Shown: piece after piece, positions 6,095 to 15,332 of the stretch | How positions within the stretch are numbered: the first letter of the stretch is position 1 | Layout: the number at the start of each line of letters is the position of its first letter | IMG/VR virus record: IMGVR_UViG_3300012952_000090 | Coordinates: 1-28,618 of that record | DNA: 28,618 nt | Reading direction: 5' to 3' (one strand) | Source: a virus | Taxonomy: Duplodnaviria; Caudoviricetes | The notes under the pieces: model-generated | The model's database searches: none | What the model was told of the DNA's origin: nothing | The model's input: only the letters and a program-made list of their open reading frames with translations | Translations under genes and position numbers: made by a program

Positions 6095-9000
6095 TTAATA
6101 ATTTTTACACACCCAAGCCACCGTTTTAGATATATTTGTGTCCGTGCTATTTTTAACCTGTAAGTCAAAGCTAGATGCCGTAATATTATCAATTATAACA
6201 TAATCCCCGCTTGTTCCATTAACGATAGTCGTTGCGATAGTTGGATTTGGATTGAAATAATCTACATTAAAACTAACGGTTTTAGATCCTGTCGTTAATG
6301 TTACGGTACTACCTGAATCAACGACATCAGGCATATCAACCGTCACCCCTAACTCTGATATATAAGCATTAAAATTATTGTTTTTACTGTTAAGCTCAAT
6401 TTTGAACTTAAAGGCTCTTGAGTTGTAATCCCCAATAAAAAACTTTTGGTAATTAGACCAAACAACATTACTTGATGTGGGGTCATCATTTGTGGTTGAG
6501 ATATAAGGCAGAAGTGTAATAACATCTTCATTGCCTTCTAGCCCATCAAAATCACCAGTCTTTTCATCAAAAAGACCGCCTTCATCGTCAAAAAATAAAC
6601 TTATTTGTTCTAATGTATATGAATTATTAATTGTAATTCTGGATGATACCGTTTTACCTAGGTCGACATAATTATTAAATTCGTAGATCCCATGTGTTAG
6701 TGTATTACTTTGGGAATCCCCACCATTATCAAATGTACCTGACTGCGAATCAAATAAACCGGATGTATTATCGAATAGAACACCACCATCGAGTCTTAAT
6801 GTGTTGTCTATTACAACAAGTCCCGTTTTGTTACCTGAAAAAGAGGAGCCTTCATTTTGAGATGTCACAACATTTAGATTATTTAAATCCGGTACGCTAA
6901 CATCTAATAATGAATAATCGGTAGATTGATTCCCTGTCGAGTCGACCGATTTTATTAAATATACGCCTGTTAGCAGTGGGGCTATGACTGAGCTATTGGC
7001 TCCGGGTACATTCGGTATTATTGGATTAGAATTTGCCCAACTATAATCAGATGTATTTGTGTTGTGTTTGATTATGTAATGACCACCTACCAACACATCT
7101 AATTCCTGCGATACATCCCAATTCAAATTCGCGTTATTATTGATAATTTGTATACTAAAATTTTGTACGGTACTCGGCGGTTTTCGTAAGCCCAATACCT
7201 CGAACGTTGCTGTCGAATAATCAGAGCTAACGCCGTACACATTAATTGCTTTGACTCTAAATTCATAAACCCCGATCTCGACATCTAAAATTTCAAATTT
7301 TGTATCCTGAAAACGACCGGCAATAATATGGCCCACATGCTCTACTTTTTTGTATTCGACTTGATATTCCTGAACAAAAGCGTCTTTATTGCCATCAAAA
7401 AAACCATTAACCTTAACTTTAATACCTGAACCCTCTTGCGTTGAGTATAATGCTTCACTGAGGGTCATTTCGGAGGGTACGGGTACTGTATTATAGTCAG
7501 GGATAGCCAACATCGATATATTTTGGGGTATCGTGGCCTCACCGGATGTCCATGTGTATACGTCTGCCGTCTCATGTCTGAGTGTAATATCAAAGCCGTT
7601 CCCGTCCTCTGACATTGCCCAACTCGTAACCCTATACGTTTTATTGGTGTAACCTAAAATCTCATTGGAAAAATTAATGGTATCCATAATCGATAATTGA
7701 AGCGCTTTATAGTTACAATTCATAATAATCGTTTCACTATAACGATGTTTTTGTAGATATATTTTGGCTAATCTTTGCGCCCGTTCTATACCCTCAGTAC
7801 CCAATAAATTTAAATCAGAGATTAGCTCTTCATTATTATCTTGAGATTTGTATATTGTACTTGTGACTTTAGGAAATTCATCATAATCCTCACTATCCGT
7901 ATCCGTATTTAAATAAGTGCCTTTTACGGCATTATACAAATCTCGTTTACTTTCGTTCGGGACAACTTGGATTCCTCCATTTAACCACGATTCGTCAATA
8001 CTATGCGTTGGGTTCGACCAAGCACCCGCATATACTTTGAATTTCCCTTCACAGTAAACTAAAACTCCGACAAACGTTGATAGTATTTGGTTTATGTTCG
8101 ATCGGTGATCTTGATCTGCCGTTAAGACTAGATTACTTGTGTATCGCTTCTCGGTACCACCTGTCGAAATACTTACGTTCTCGTCACAAATATTAGCGGC
8201 GGCACTAAACGAGGCTGTATGAATTAAATTAGGGTCTATTTTTACTCCGTAATTCGTGTCAGTCAAATAATCATATAAATGTAATACTGGATTTGTTGTG
8301 TATGCGGTTGTACTTGTCCGCGGATCATAACATTTTTTTCCCTCAAATTTAGATTGAAATGTAGGGATTCCAATATTCCTATAAATATCTGGATGGTAGC
8401 GACACGTTGTGTGGATATAGGCATTACCCGCACAAAACAATTCATTTTCATTTAGGTTATAATTACCACTCGACTTAAAGGCGTTTGTTAGCGTTTGGTC
8501 TGACGCTGTTTGGTTGCTTGTGCCAAGCTTCGTTGATATGCGTATGGACTTTGTATAAGACACATTGTTTTCAAAAAATACCCGTGGTGACACCCGATAT
8601 TGTGAATTGGGTGTAAACATCCAATTTTGGCTCGCCGGATAAGATCCACTACTCCCCCAAGAATTGTCGATGTAGTTGCTAGCTGCCCACGACTGGTTAT
8701 GATGTGGGTTTCTATATTCATAACTTTCACTGGCAGGCAACTTCCAATGGATTCGTAAGGGTAGGGGTTGATGTGATATAGGAACCTCACCTTGTCCTGA
8801 TGCATTAGTCGAAAATGCACCAACAACAGTAAAATCAAATAATTTTTGTGTGGGATTAGTGATTTTTGAATATCCAATATCTGACGGTCTTACAATTTGC
8901 CTAGTAGCAGTTATGTAGCCCCCGTAAAAATTATGTGATGCACGAAATACAAAATTTATTTTAATCGCATCGTCGATATCAGCGTTGTAATCATGCTCGG

Positions 9001-9739
9001 TATATCCCTCAATTTGCAGTTTTTGGTTGGTAAAATTATAGGTCGTGTTAGGTTCTAACCCACCTACATATATTTTCCCTGCATTCGCTGCAAAATGGTT
9101 CGTACCGTTACTTTGTAACCAAAAAGGCATATTTAAATTTGTGCCAGACCACGTCGTTTCGGTTGGACTAGAAACCCACTGCTGATTATATAATAATCGT
9201 GAGGCCCACCGCTTAAATAAATAACCTTTCTTTGAGTAATCATCAACAATCGATGTAGATTTATCTTTACCATTTATTACTATTGGCGCGCGGTACTTAT
9301 TATCATTGACCATTCCCCCTGAATCGAGTGTAACAGGCCCATTATTAATAAAATGTTGTTGAACACTATGACATTCATGCCCTACAAGGGAAATACATTG
9401 ATGCAAGTATTCATTTAATTGGTCTGACTCAAAACTTTCATAGCCCACAGTCGACGTAGTCGTACGATGAAAAATAGTACCGCCGACCGTTCGTTTACCA
9501 TAAATAATATTATGAGGTCTGAGGTTATCAATCTGATTGGCTTTCATACCCTCAAATTGTTTGCGTAGTGGATCAATACCGAGCGTAGGGATATCTGGTT
9601 TAAATATTTTTGATAATGCTGCTGCTGCTATAATACCTCCCACAGGGCCTAGAAACGATTGAGCTGCGACAATTCCTGCAGTTTGTACAATAGAACTTAA
9701 AATCGCACTATTAGAAATTTCGTCAATAACGCTACTCAT
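6095..9739 (-). CDS. Tail tip / central fibre protein (lambda J-like) with Fn3 domains
   Basis: IIYGKRTVGG, GKKCYDPR, TTNPVLHLYDYLT, AAANICDE, RAQRLAKI and Fn3-like YEFRVKAINVYG motifs. ATG 9739 overlaps the upstream stop (ATGA). Confidence 0.9.
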   Translation of the reverse strand: MSSVIDEISNSAILSSIVQTAGIVAAQSFLGPVGGIIAAAALSKIFKPDIPTLGIDPLRKQFEGMKANQIDNLRPHNIIYGKRTVGGTIFHRTTTSTVGYESFESDQLNEYLHQCISLVGHECHSVQQHFINNGPVTLDSGGMVNDNKYRAPIVINGKDKSTSIVDDYSKKGYLFKRWASRLLYNQQWVSSPTETTWSGTNLNMPFWLQSNGTNHFAANAGKIYVGGLEPNTTYNFTNQKLQIEGYTEHDYNADIDDAIKINFVFRASHNFYGGYITATRQIVRPSDIGYSKITNPTQKLFDFTVVGAFSTNASGQGEVPISHQPLPLRIHWKLPASESYEYRNPHHNQSWAASNYIDNSWGSSGSYPASQNWMFTPNSQYRVSPRVFFENNVSYTKSIRISTKLGTSNQTASDQTLTNAFKSSGNYNLNENELFCAGNAYIHTTCRYHPDIYRNIGIPTFQSKFEGKKCYDPRTSTTAYTTNPVLHLYDYLTDTNYGVKIDPNLIHTASFSAAANICDENVSISTGGTEKRYTSNLVLTADQDHRSNINQILSTFVGVLVYCEGKFKVYAGAWSNPTHSIDESWLNGGIQVVPNESKRDLYNAVKGTYLNTDTDSEDYDEFPKVTSTIYKSQDNNEELISDLNLLGTEGIERAQRLAKIYLQKHRYSETIIMNCNYKALQLSIMDTINFSNEILGYTNKTYRVTSWAMSEDGNGFDITLRHETADVYTWTSGEATIPQNISMLAIPDYNTVPVPSEMTLSEALYSTQEGSGIKVKVNGFFDGNKDAFVQEYQVEYKKVEHVGHIIAGRFQDTKFEILDVEIGVYEFRVKAINVYGVSSDYSTATFEVLGLRKPPSTVQNFSIQIINNNANLNWDVSQELDVLVGGHYIIKHNTNTSDYSWANSNPIIPNVPGANSSVIAPLLTGVYLIKSVDSTGNQSTDYSLLDVSVPDLNNLNVVTSQNEGSSFSGNKTGLVVIDNTLRLDGGVLFDNTSGLFDSQSGTFDNGGDSQSNTLTHGIYEFNNYVDLGKTVSSRITINNSYTLEQISLFFDDEGGLFDEKTGDFDGLEGNEDVITLLPYISTTNDDPTSSNVVWSNYQKFFIGDYNSRAFKFKIELNSKNNNFNAYISELGVTVDMPDVVDSGSTVTLTTGSKTVSFNVDYFNPNPTIATTIVNGTSGDYVIIDNITASSFDLQVKNSTDTNISKTVAWVCKNY

Positions 9740-10170
9740 AAACTCCAAGCCCCATCACATTGATGTGTTTCTATATGATTAAAAACATAATTCGGGTCGT
9801 CCTCGGATAAGAAAATAGAATATGAACCATCACACAACCCTAGCGACTCATCTTTATATAGAACAAGATCGCCTCGACTAGCTAAATGAATAGAATGTTT
9901 TTTAATAAATTCAGAATCCATAATATCTTTTAAATTTTTATATCCCTTTTTTTTAATTAGTGACTTCCACCCTTTTCTTGTTTTGTATTTACCTTTAAAT
10001 TCAGTTTCAAAAAAAGATTTGTTGTACCTTTTTTTGTAGTAGTCTGAAACAAAAACAAAGCAATCAAAAACACCCAATTTAAATTCATTTTTTGAAACTG
10101 AATTTAAATAAATATAAAATTCATCTTGATCAAAATTACCTAATCGTCTTTTTTTGTCTGAGCTAGACAT
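9736..10170 (-). CDS. NlpC/P60-like tail tip assembly protein
   Basis: FKLGVFDCFVF, ASRGDLV and LGLCDG motifs; lies between hub and J. Confidence 0.75.
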   Translation of the reverse strand: MSSSDKKRRLGNFDQDEFYIYLNSVSKNEFKLGVFDCFVFVSDYYKKRYNKSFFETEFKGKYKTRKGWKSLIKKKGYKNLKDIMDSEFIKKHSIHLASRGDLVLYKDESLGLCDGSYSIFLSEDDPNYVFNHIETHQCDGAWSL

Positions 10171-10744
10171 TACGTGTACCCCCCCATATTAAAGTCTGTT
10201 CATGTAAATCCTTTTGGTATATAAATGCGTTGTCGCTAGGGTGTTCAGCGTTTTGGTCATTATGATTCCAACGGCGATTACTAGCTTTATCAAATCGTAC
10301 TAATTCGTCAATAACATTAACTGTAATACTGGCCGTGGAACCAATCGACAGATCAAGCGTATCAATAAAGCCCCCAAATACTGTAGGTGTATCAATAATT
10401 TGGTGTGTTGTTGGATTCACTAAGCCAATCTCGATATAACATTTTTTACCTTGATAGTCGGTTGAAATGGCAGTAGAAATTAAATGACTAGGTATGCCAC
10501 TCAATTTTAAATCAATAAAATTCGCGGCTATTTTAGAACTTTCAGGTATGGCCGACACGCTACCTAGCGACCCTACGCCCACGTAATTAACTGGTGCATT
10601 TAAATGCGGTGGCTGATGCGATATTGTACCGACATCATTATGAACATAAACCGGTGAATCAAATTCTAAAGCGACTAAAAATATACTATAAACTTTATTT
10701 GATGTGAGTTCATTAATTCCAGAGGCATTAATTGAGCGAGGCAC
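10163..10744 (-). CDS. Tail hub / minor tail protein
   Basis: YVGVGSLGSVS, LKLSGIP, FGGFID, RRWNHNDQ...PSD...IWG pattern; follows Dit. Confidence 0.75.
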   Translation of the reverse strand: MPRSINASGINELTSNKVYSIFLVALEFDSPVYVHNDVGTISHQPPHLNAPVNYVGVGSLGSVSAIPESSKIAANFIDLKLSGIPSHLISTAISTDYQGKKCYIEIGLVNPTTHQIIDTPTVFGGFIDTLDLSIGSTASITVNVIDELVRFDKASNRRWNHNDQNAEHPSDNAFIYQKDLHEQTLIWGGTRNV

Positions 10745-11340
10745 TAGATTACCTCACGCGCGTTAAATGTTAAAGGCTCAGATATGCCGGACGGATCAAT
10801 TCTAAAATTAATATTGTTAATGTTTAACCTCATTTCGCATTTACAATCTTCTGTTATTACACTTGCATTGTCTAATGGCGTGACCCGTATTTTAGGAACA
10901 AAATTAATAGTCGCATTACCTCCCCCATCCGATGTCACGTCCTGTGTAACCCGTTTAAGTTCTGACTCTATTGAAATATAATCACCGGCCTTCAGGACGA
11001 GCGTTGAGGCTGTCCATCCATCAGTAATAATACTGGTTCCAGTTTGTGATGCACCGTTCACCAATGGCGTACCTGTTGATGTCCCTAATGTGTTTTTATT
11101 ATCGGCACATATGGCGTTAAATGTGTTCGCCTTTCCGTTTAAGCGATCAAAAAACGATGTCCAAATTTGCCAATTAGTGCGTGCCATCGCAGGTAATGAA
11201 TACTCGGCCTCCCATAGCGAGCCTGATAAAATTCGTGTTTGTTGTGTTCCTGATAAGGCACTATCGAACGTTTGAACACGATTTTGTAAATATAGTCTGG
11301 CGTGTGTGAATGCTGGTGTTAGTGGTAATTCTATCGGCAT
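10744..11340 (-). CDS. Distal tail protein (Dit-like)
   Basis: FDSALSG.QQ, WEAEYSLPAM, FFDRLNG and LKAGDYI motifs; immediately after the tape measure gene. Confidence 0.75.
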   Translation of the reverse strand: MPIELPLTPAFTHARLYLQNRVQTFDSALSGTQQTRILSGSLWEAEYSLPAMARTNWQIWTSFFDRLNGKANTFNAICADNKNTLGTSTGTPLVNGASQTGTSIITDGWTASTLVLKAGDYISIESELKRVTQDVTSDGGGNATINFVPKIRVTPLDNASVITEDCKCEMRLNINNINFRIDPSGISEPLTFNAREVI

Positions 11341-11374
11341 CTAAGCCCCCCAAATTAATTATTTATTATATTAT

Positions 11375-11383
11375 ATTATATCA
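11375..11383 (-). promoter_or_regulatory. Extended -10 element upstream of the tail-tip genes
   Basis: Minus strand TGATATAAT followed by tandem ATAAT units in the 47-bp spacer between the tape measure and Dit genes. Confidence 0.4.
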
Positions 11384-11387
11384 CTGA

Positions 11388-12764
11388 TTAGGCTTGCCCA
11401 TTATATTGACGCTGCTGCATTCCCGCTATGGCGCTTTGTTGAATTAATGGGGCTGCATTGGCTATTTCTGCGCGTACGGTTGAGGTTACATTTGGATTGA
11501 AATTGTTGATTATTGACATTGACATAGCACCCGCCGGCTTTGCTGTAGGTGTTTTAGCTTTGCTGAAATTTGATTTAATTCCACCTTGGATCCCTGAAAT
11601 AAGGGGATCGACTACGAGTCCTTGTAAAAAACTGTGTTGTACTGTTTTTGCCAAACCTTCAAACATATTTTGGCCTTGTAAGATGGCGTTGGTCAAAGTA
11701 TTTGACCAATTGTTAGTTGAATTTATCATCGCCTCTTCAATTTGATGTGCAGTTGATACACCCTTCTTAGCTAAACCACCTTTACCTGATTTGGAGCCTT
11801 TAGATGCATCTAATTCTTTTGCTTTATTTAGTTTTTCTTGGATGCTCAAAAATTCTTCAAGCTTTTGCTTCTTGTTTATTAATTCTGACTCCTCCTCCTT
11901 AGTGGATCTCCCTGTCAATTTATCCCATAGTGACTGACCTTTTGATGACCCCTTTTGAATCTCTTTAAGCCTCGCATTAATAAGCTCTAACTCTAGCCTT
12001 GCCCCTTTTAATTTAGAATCATCAATTTTTTTAAAAATTTTGTTCGATGTTTTAGCCATAGACGAAAGAAGAGGTATAACATGTTTTTGAATGTTGGCTT
12101 TTAAAATATTTAAATTATCATTAAATTCTACAATTCGGTCTGCATCTTTTTGAGTAATTACATTTGGTGTTTCTCTTGCTAAATTTCGCATAGCGACAGC
12201 ACCTTTATCCATAATCTGAGCTAAGGCCACACCTTCAGAATCAAATAATTTCATAGAAAGACGGGTTCTATCCGAGGTATTTTCAACCTCTTCCATCGCT
12301 TCCGTAACCCTCTGAAACTGTTCGGTCACCGTAAGTTTATTTAAATTTTCTGCGTTAAGCCCCAATTCTTTTAGTGCATCTTTAGCCTCGCCCGTTCCTT
12401 TCGCTGCCTCCGCAACTCTACGTTGCATTCGCTGAAAAGCCATGGCCATCGTCTCAAAACTAATACCATTTTGTTCTGCAACGAATTTGAACCGTGATAA
12501 ATTCTCTGTACTCTCACCTAATCGGACGCCTAATTTCTGAATCTTATCAACTTGGGTTAAAGTAGATTTACCCATCAACATAATACCTACGGTCGCTGCC
12601 ATTGCAGCAATACGAACTCTGGCAAAGCCGGCAGCAAGTATTTTACTTTGTTCGTTTATTTTTTGAGTTGATTTTTTAGTGACTCTAACCGCATTATTCA
12701 TATTAGATTTAAGATCCTTAATATCTGCTCGTACCTCAACTAATAATTTGTCTACTGTTGTCAT
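11388..12764 (-). CDS. Tape measure protein (short, 458 aa)
   Basis: N-terminal LLVEVRADIKDLK, helical Ala/Lys/Glu-rich body, AKDALKELGL and KLFDSEGVAL motifs; follows the tail chaperones. Confidence 0.88.
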   Translation of the reverse strand: MTTVDKLLVEVRADIKDLKSNMNNAVRVTKKSTQKINEQSKILAAGFARVRIAAMAATVGIMLMGKSTLTQVDKIQKLGVRLGESTENLSRFKFVAEQNGISFETMAMAFQRMQRRVAEAAKGTGEAKDALKELGLNAENLNKLTVTEQFQRVTEAMEEVENTSDRTRLSMKLFDSEGVALAQIMDKGAVAMRNLARETPNVITQKDADRIVEFNDNLNILKANIQKHVIPLLSSMAKTSNKIFKKIDDSKLKGARLELELINARLKEIQKGSSKGQSLWDKLTGRSTKEEESELINKKQKLEEFLSIQEKLNKAKELDASKGSKSGKGGLAKKGVSTAHQIEEAMINSTNNWSNTLTNAILQGQNMFEGLAKTVQHSFLQGLVVDPLISGIQGGIKSNFSKAKTPTAKPAGAMSMSIINNFNPNVTSTVRAEIANAAPLIQQSAIAGMQQRQYNGQA

Positions 12765-12949
12765 AATTCACCCCATCTTTTAACATCGTCGGCGCTCGGT
12801 AAGTTTGGGTTATTTTTCTTATTAAATGCTTTAATTGCAATTTGCATATCAAATGCTGTTGCTTTCCTGCATTCGCTAGGTGTCCATTTTAGCTCTAACA
12901 TTGCAAACTCAAACCAGTTCTCATATATATCATAAATCTCTCGATCTAG
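12761..12949 (-). CDS. -1 frame extension of the tail assembly chaperone (gpT-equivalent)
   Basis: Not in the track. Reads LDREIYDIYENWFEFAMLELKWTPSECRKATAFDMQIAIKAFNKKNNPNLPSADDVKRWGEL; its TGA overlaps the tape measure ATG. Confidence 0.85.
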   Translation of the reverse strand, partial: LDREIYDIYENWFEFAMLELKWTPSECRKATAFDMQIAIKAFNKKNNPNLPSADDVKRWGEL

Positions 12950-13260
12950 TTTTTTTTTACTTGCTCTTCTTGTTTCTGAGGTAAAACTAAAAACATGATT
13001 AATTCGGATATTTGTTTATTCGCTTCAACCCGATTCATTGCAATATACTCTTTTATTTTATTTTCACCTAATTCACTACAAGCTAACAAGCTATATATAT
13101 CATAAAGTTCAGACACACTAAAACCAGTATCAATTTTATTAGCTAGTAAAGAATACAAAGTCACCCCTAGCTTTTCCTCTAATTTGAAATGCAATTCAAA
13201 CGTAGGAATAATGCTATACTTGTTATCGTATATATTTAGATCAAGACTAGGCGTTAGCAT
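12946..13260 (-). CDS. Tail assembly chaperone (gpG-equivalent)
   Basis: Lies between tail tube and tape measure genes; PTF...KLEEKLG motif; ends KKN at the slippery site. Confidence 0.85.
   Translation of the reverse strand: MLTPSLDLNIYDNKYSIIPTFELHFKLEEKLGVTLYSLLANKIDTGFSVSELYDIYSLLACSELGENKIKEYIAMNRVEANKQISELIMFLVLPQKQEEQVKKN
12949..12955 (-). promoter_or_regulatory. -1 ribosomal frameshift slippery site
   Basis: GTA AAA AAA AAC TAG contains A AAA AAC (X XXY YYZ) directly before the stop. Confidence 0.85.
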
Positions 13261-13673
13261 TAGCTACCTGCGGTGCTAGTTACGGCTCCCGACACCTGTA
13301 GAGTTGCAGAAAATGTAAGTACGCCTTCCACTTCTCCTGTTAATTCAAAATCGCTTACATAGCCACTAAAAGCGTCTGTACGCTTATTGGTGTGCGAGCC
13401 TTCCAACGGATATTCTAAATAATAATCGTCTAATGTTTTGGCATTGTGCTTTGTCTCTATCAACTCTTGGCTTGCATCGCCCACAAATATACCTGAAAAA
13501 GAAACTGACTTTGTTGTTGTGCCTCCGGCTAACATCTCTCGGTTTCCACCCGAATCTTTATTAGTAATTTCAATAGGCGAATTAGATGAACTAAAACCGA
13601 GCGTAGTTCCTTTGGCAATTAGTGTTCCCGAACCAACAGTACCTGAATATAACTTAAAATCTTTACCTTGCAT
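13260..13673 (-). CDS. Major tail tube protein
   Basis: GKDFKL, IEITNKDSGGNREMLAGG, SFSGIF and TFSATLQVSGAV motifs of the TP901-1/GTA-type tube family. Confidence 0.9.
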   Translation of the reverse strand: MQGKDFKLYSGTVGSGTLIAKGTTLGFSSSNSPIEITNKDSGGNREMLAGGTTTKSVSFSGIFVGDASQELIETKHNAKTLDDYYLEYPLEGSHTNKRTDAFSGYVSDFELTGEVEGVLTFSATLQVSGAVTSTAGS

Positions 13674-13706
13674 GGATAACCCCCATATAATTTGTATTTT
13701 TTAAGA

Positions 13707-14123
13707 TTAATAAGTATTTAACCTCAATCTTATTATAGCATTAAATCCGTTTGAGGTATCTTGATCGTCGATTAAAACTTCAGAAAAATCGATTTTACTA
13801 TAACAATAATTTAAATTGGTAACATTTAAATGCTTTTTATGTAGAGAATTATTTAGCTCTTTTAATATAGACTGTGCTTGTAGCTTGTTTCCTGTTTGGG
13901 TGTAAGCACCCAATGTAATAAATATAATATTACCATCAGACGACGTTGTATCGTCGGCCTCAATGGTCATGCCTACAAAACTTATATAAGGATAATTAAG
14001 CCCTAGGTTAGTTGGGTTGTCGACGACACTATCCGACCCATCACTCAAAATATTCATAAGCGTTGTGTTTAGTGTTATCGCTGCCCTTATACTTTTCTGA
14101 ATCTCTGATAATTCTAAGCTCAT
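13707..14123 (-). CDS. Tail terminator / completion protein (DUF3168-like)
   Basis: IQKSI, VVDNP and YPYISF motifs; immediately before the tail tube gene. Confidence 0.8.
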   Translation of the reverse strand: MSLELSEIQKSIRAAITLNTTLMNILSDGSDSVVDNPTNLGLNYPYISFVGMTIEADDTTSSDGNIIFITLGAYTQTGNKLQAQSILKELNNSLHKKHLNVTNLNYCYSKIDFSEVLIDDQDTSNGFNAIIRLRLNTY

Positions 14124-14581
14124 ATTGAAGCTCGCTTTAATCCTTTTTTGATATTTTTTTGAAGGTTTTTAATAATAGGATTTACGTTTTTTCTAAACGA
14201 TGGAAATAGCCATGGCCTTGACTCCATTTGACTTGATCCGAACTCTAAATACATTGCATATTTTGCTTTACGTAGATTGGCTCCAACGTGATAAGCTAAT
14301 TTATTTGTACCTGAAACAGAATTTATAAATATGCTTCGTGCAAGATTACCTGTATCGGATTTAGGGTACTCGCCCGACTTTGATCTTCTACCTACTTTCC
14401 CACCTCGAGTATATAATACGCCTGACCGAGACCCTCGATTAATTCCATCAACGGCCGTTTTTTGGATAGATAATGCGCCATCCATTACGGCGTGTTGGAT
14501 TGGAAACAATAATTTCTTAGGCAAATTTGCCAATTTTCTTTCTAAACTAGACAACCCTTTAACTTTTATTTTTGTTTTCAT
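14120..14581 (-). CDS. HK97 gp10-like neck protein
   Basis: IKVKGLSSLERKL, PKSDTGNLARSI and YAMYLEFGSSQMESRPWLFP. Start moved from the track's 14635 to ATG 14581. Confidence 0.9.
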   Translation of the reverse strand: MKTKIKVKGLSSLERKLANLPKKLLFPIQHAVMDGALSIQKTAVDGINRGSRSGVLYTRGGKVGRRSKSGEYPKSDTGNLARSIFINSVSGTNKLAYHVGANLRKAKYAMYLEFGSSQMESRPWLFPSFRKNVNPIIKNLQKNIKKGLKRASI

Positions 14582-14732
14582 TTTTGGATTGCTCGACGTC
14601 CGGTAATTGTAATATGGAATTAAAAATAGTTTCAAAATATTTGTACGGTACTGGCTGTTCTTTAGCCCATGCCATCATTGCGCTCAATTCCTTATCTGTT
14701 ATATTTTTTGTGAATGTTTGTTGATCGTTCAT
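14559..14732 (-). CDS. Small hypothetical protein, 57 aa, absent from the ORF track
   Basis: AGGGGGA RBS then MNDQQTFTKNITDKELSAMMAWAKEQPVPYKYFETIFNSILQLPDVEQSKNENKNKS; fills the gap and overlaps the gp10 start. Confidence 0.7.
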   Translation of the reverse strand: MNDQQTFTKNITDKELSAMMAWAKEQPVPYKYFETIFNSILQLPDVEQSKNENKNKS

Positions 14733-14761
14733 TCTATCCCCCTAATTTAATTTAATATATA

Positions 14762-14980
14762 TTATAACATATAAAATCGTTGAAAAAAAAGTCTCCTAGA
14801 ATATGAAAACAAGAAATTAAGGGTTTGACCTATCGCCCATAGACTGAGAGTTGATTTTAACTTAAATCCAAAAAATTTAGTCGCTATAACAACTAAAATT
14901 AAATTACACAAATTGTCATGAATCAGAGTCACTAAAGTTTCATAAAAAACAATTTTTTTATGAGACTGTGACTTCTTCAT
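14762..14980 (-). CDS. Small two-helix membrane protein
   Basis: SQS...ET, two hydrophobic segments and a terminal SYSRRLFF, a pattern I recall from small phage membrane proteins (DUF7220-like). Confidence 0.65.
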   Translation of the reverse strand: MKKSQSHKKIVFYETLVTLIHDNLCNLILVVIATKFFGFKLKSTLSLWAIGQTLNFLFSYSRRLFFQRFYML

Positions 14981-15332
14981 TTTCTGATTGAATTGCTTTT
15001 ATTTTTATAATATCATCCCCGAACTCAAGTTCTGAAAATCCATCAACTCTCATGTATTCGTATGTATTCTCGCTGATCAAGAGCCTTAATTTCGATGTAA
15101 TTTTAAGGTGATCGTTTTGCCGTATAAAAACATGATAAAGTTTTTCATTGGTCTTTAGGTTTCCATCTATCGAATAAGTAGGTATTTTGCTCTTAACGTG
15201 GCACCAAACGGCCTCACCTCCGGCCACAGACCAGGTTTCTACTGATTGCCCCATGTCACCTATACTCACCGTCTTGTTTAGAATTTCTATTCTGTTATTC
15301 AAGTCACCTATCCTGAGAGATGATTTTATCAT
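14958..15332 (-). CDS. Head closure (stopper) protein, SPP1 gp16-like
   Basis: IGDLNNRIEI...GDMG..VETW...VWCHV. Confidence 0.85.
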   Translation of the reverse strand: MIKSSLRIGDLNNRIEILNKTVSIGDMGQSVETWSVAGGEAVWCHVKSKIPTYSIDGNLKTNEKLYHVFIRQNDHLKITSKLRLLISENTYEYMRVDGFSELEFGDDIIKIKAIQSENEEVTVS

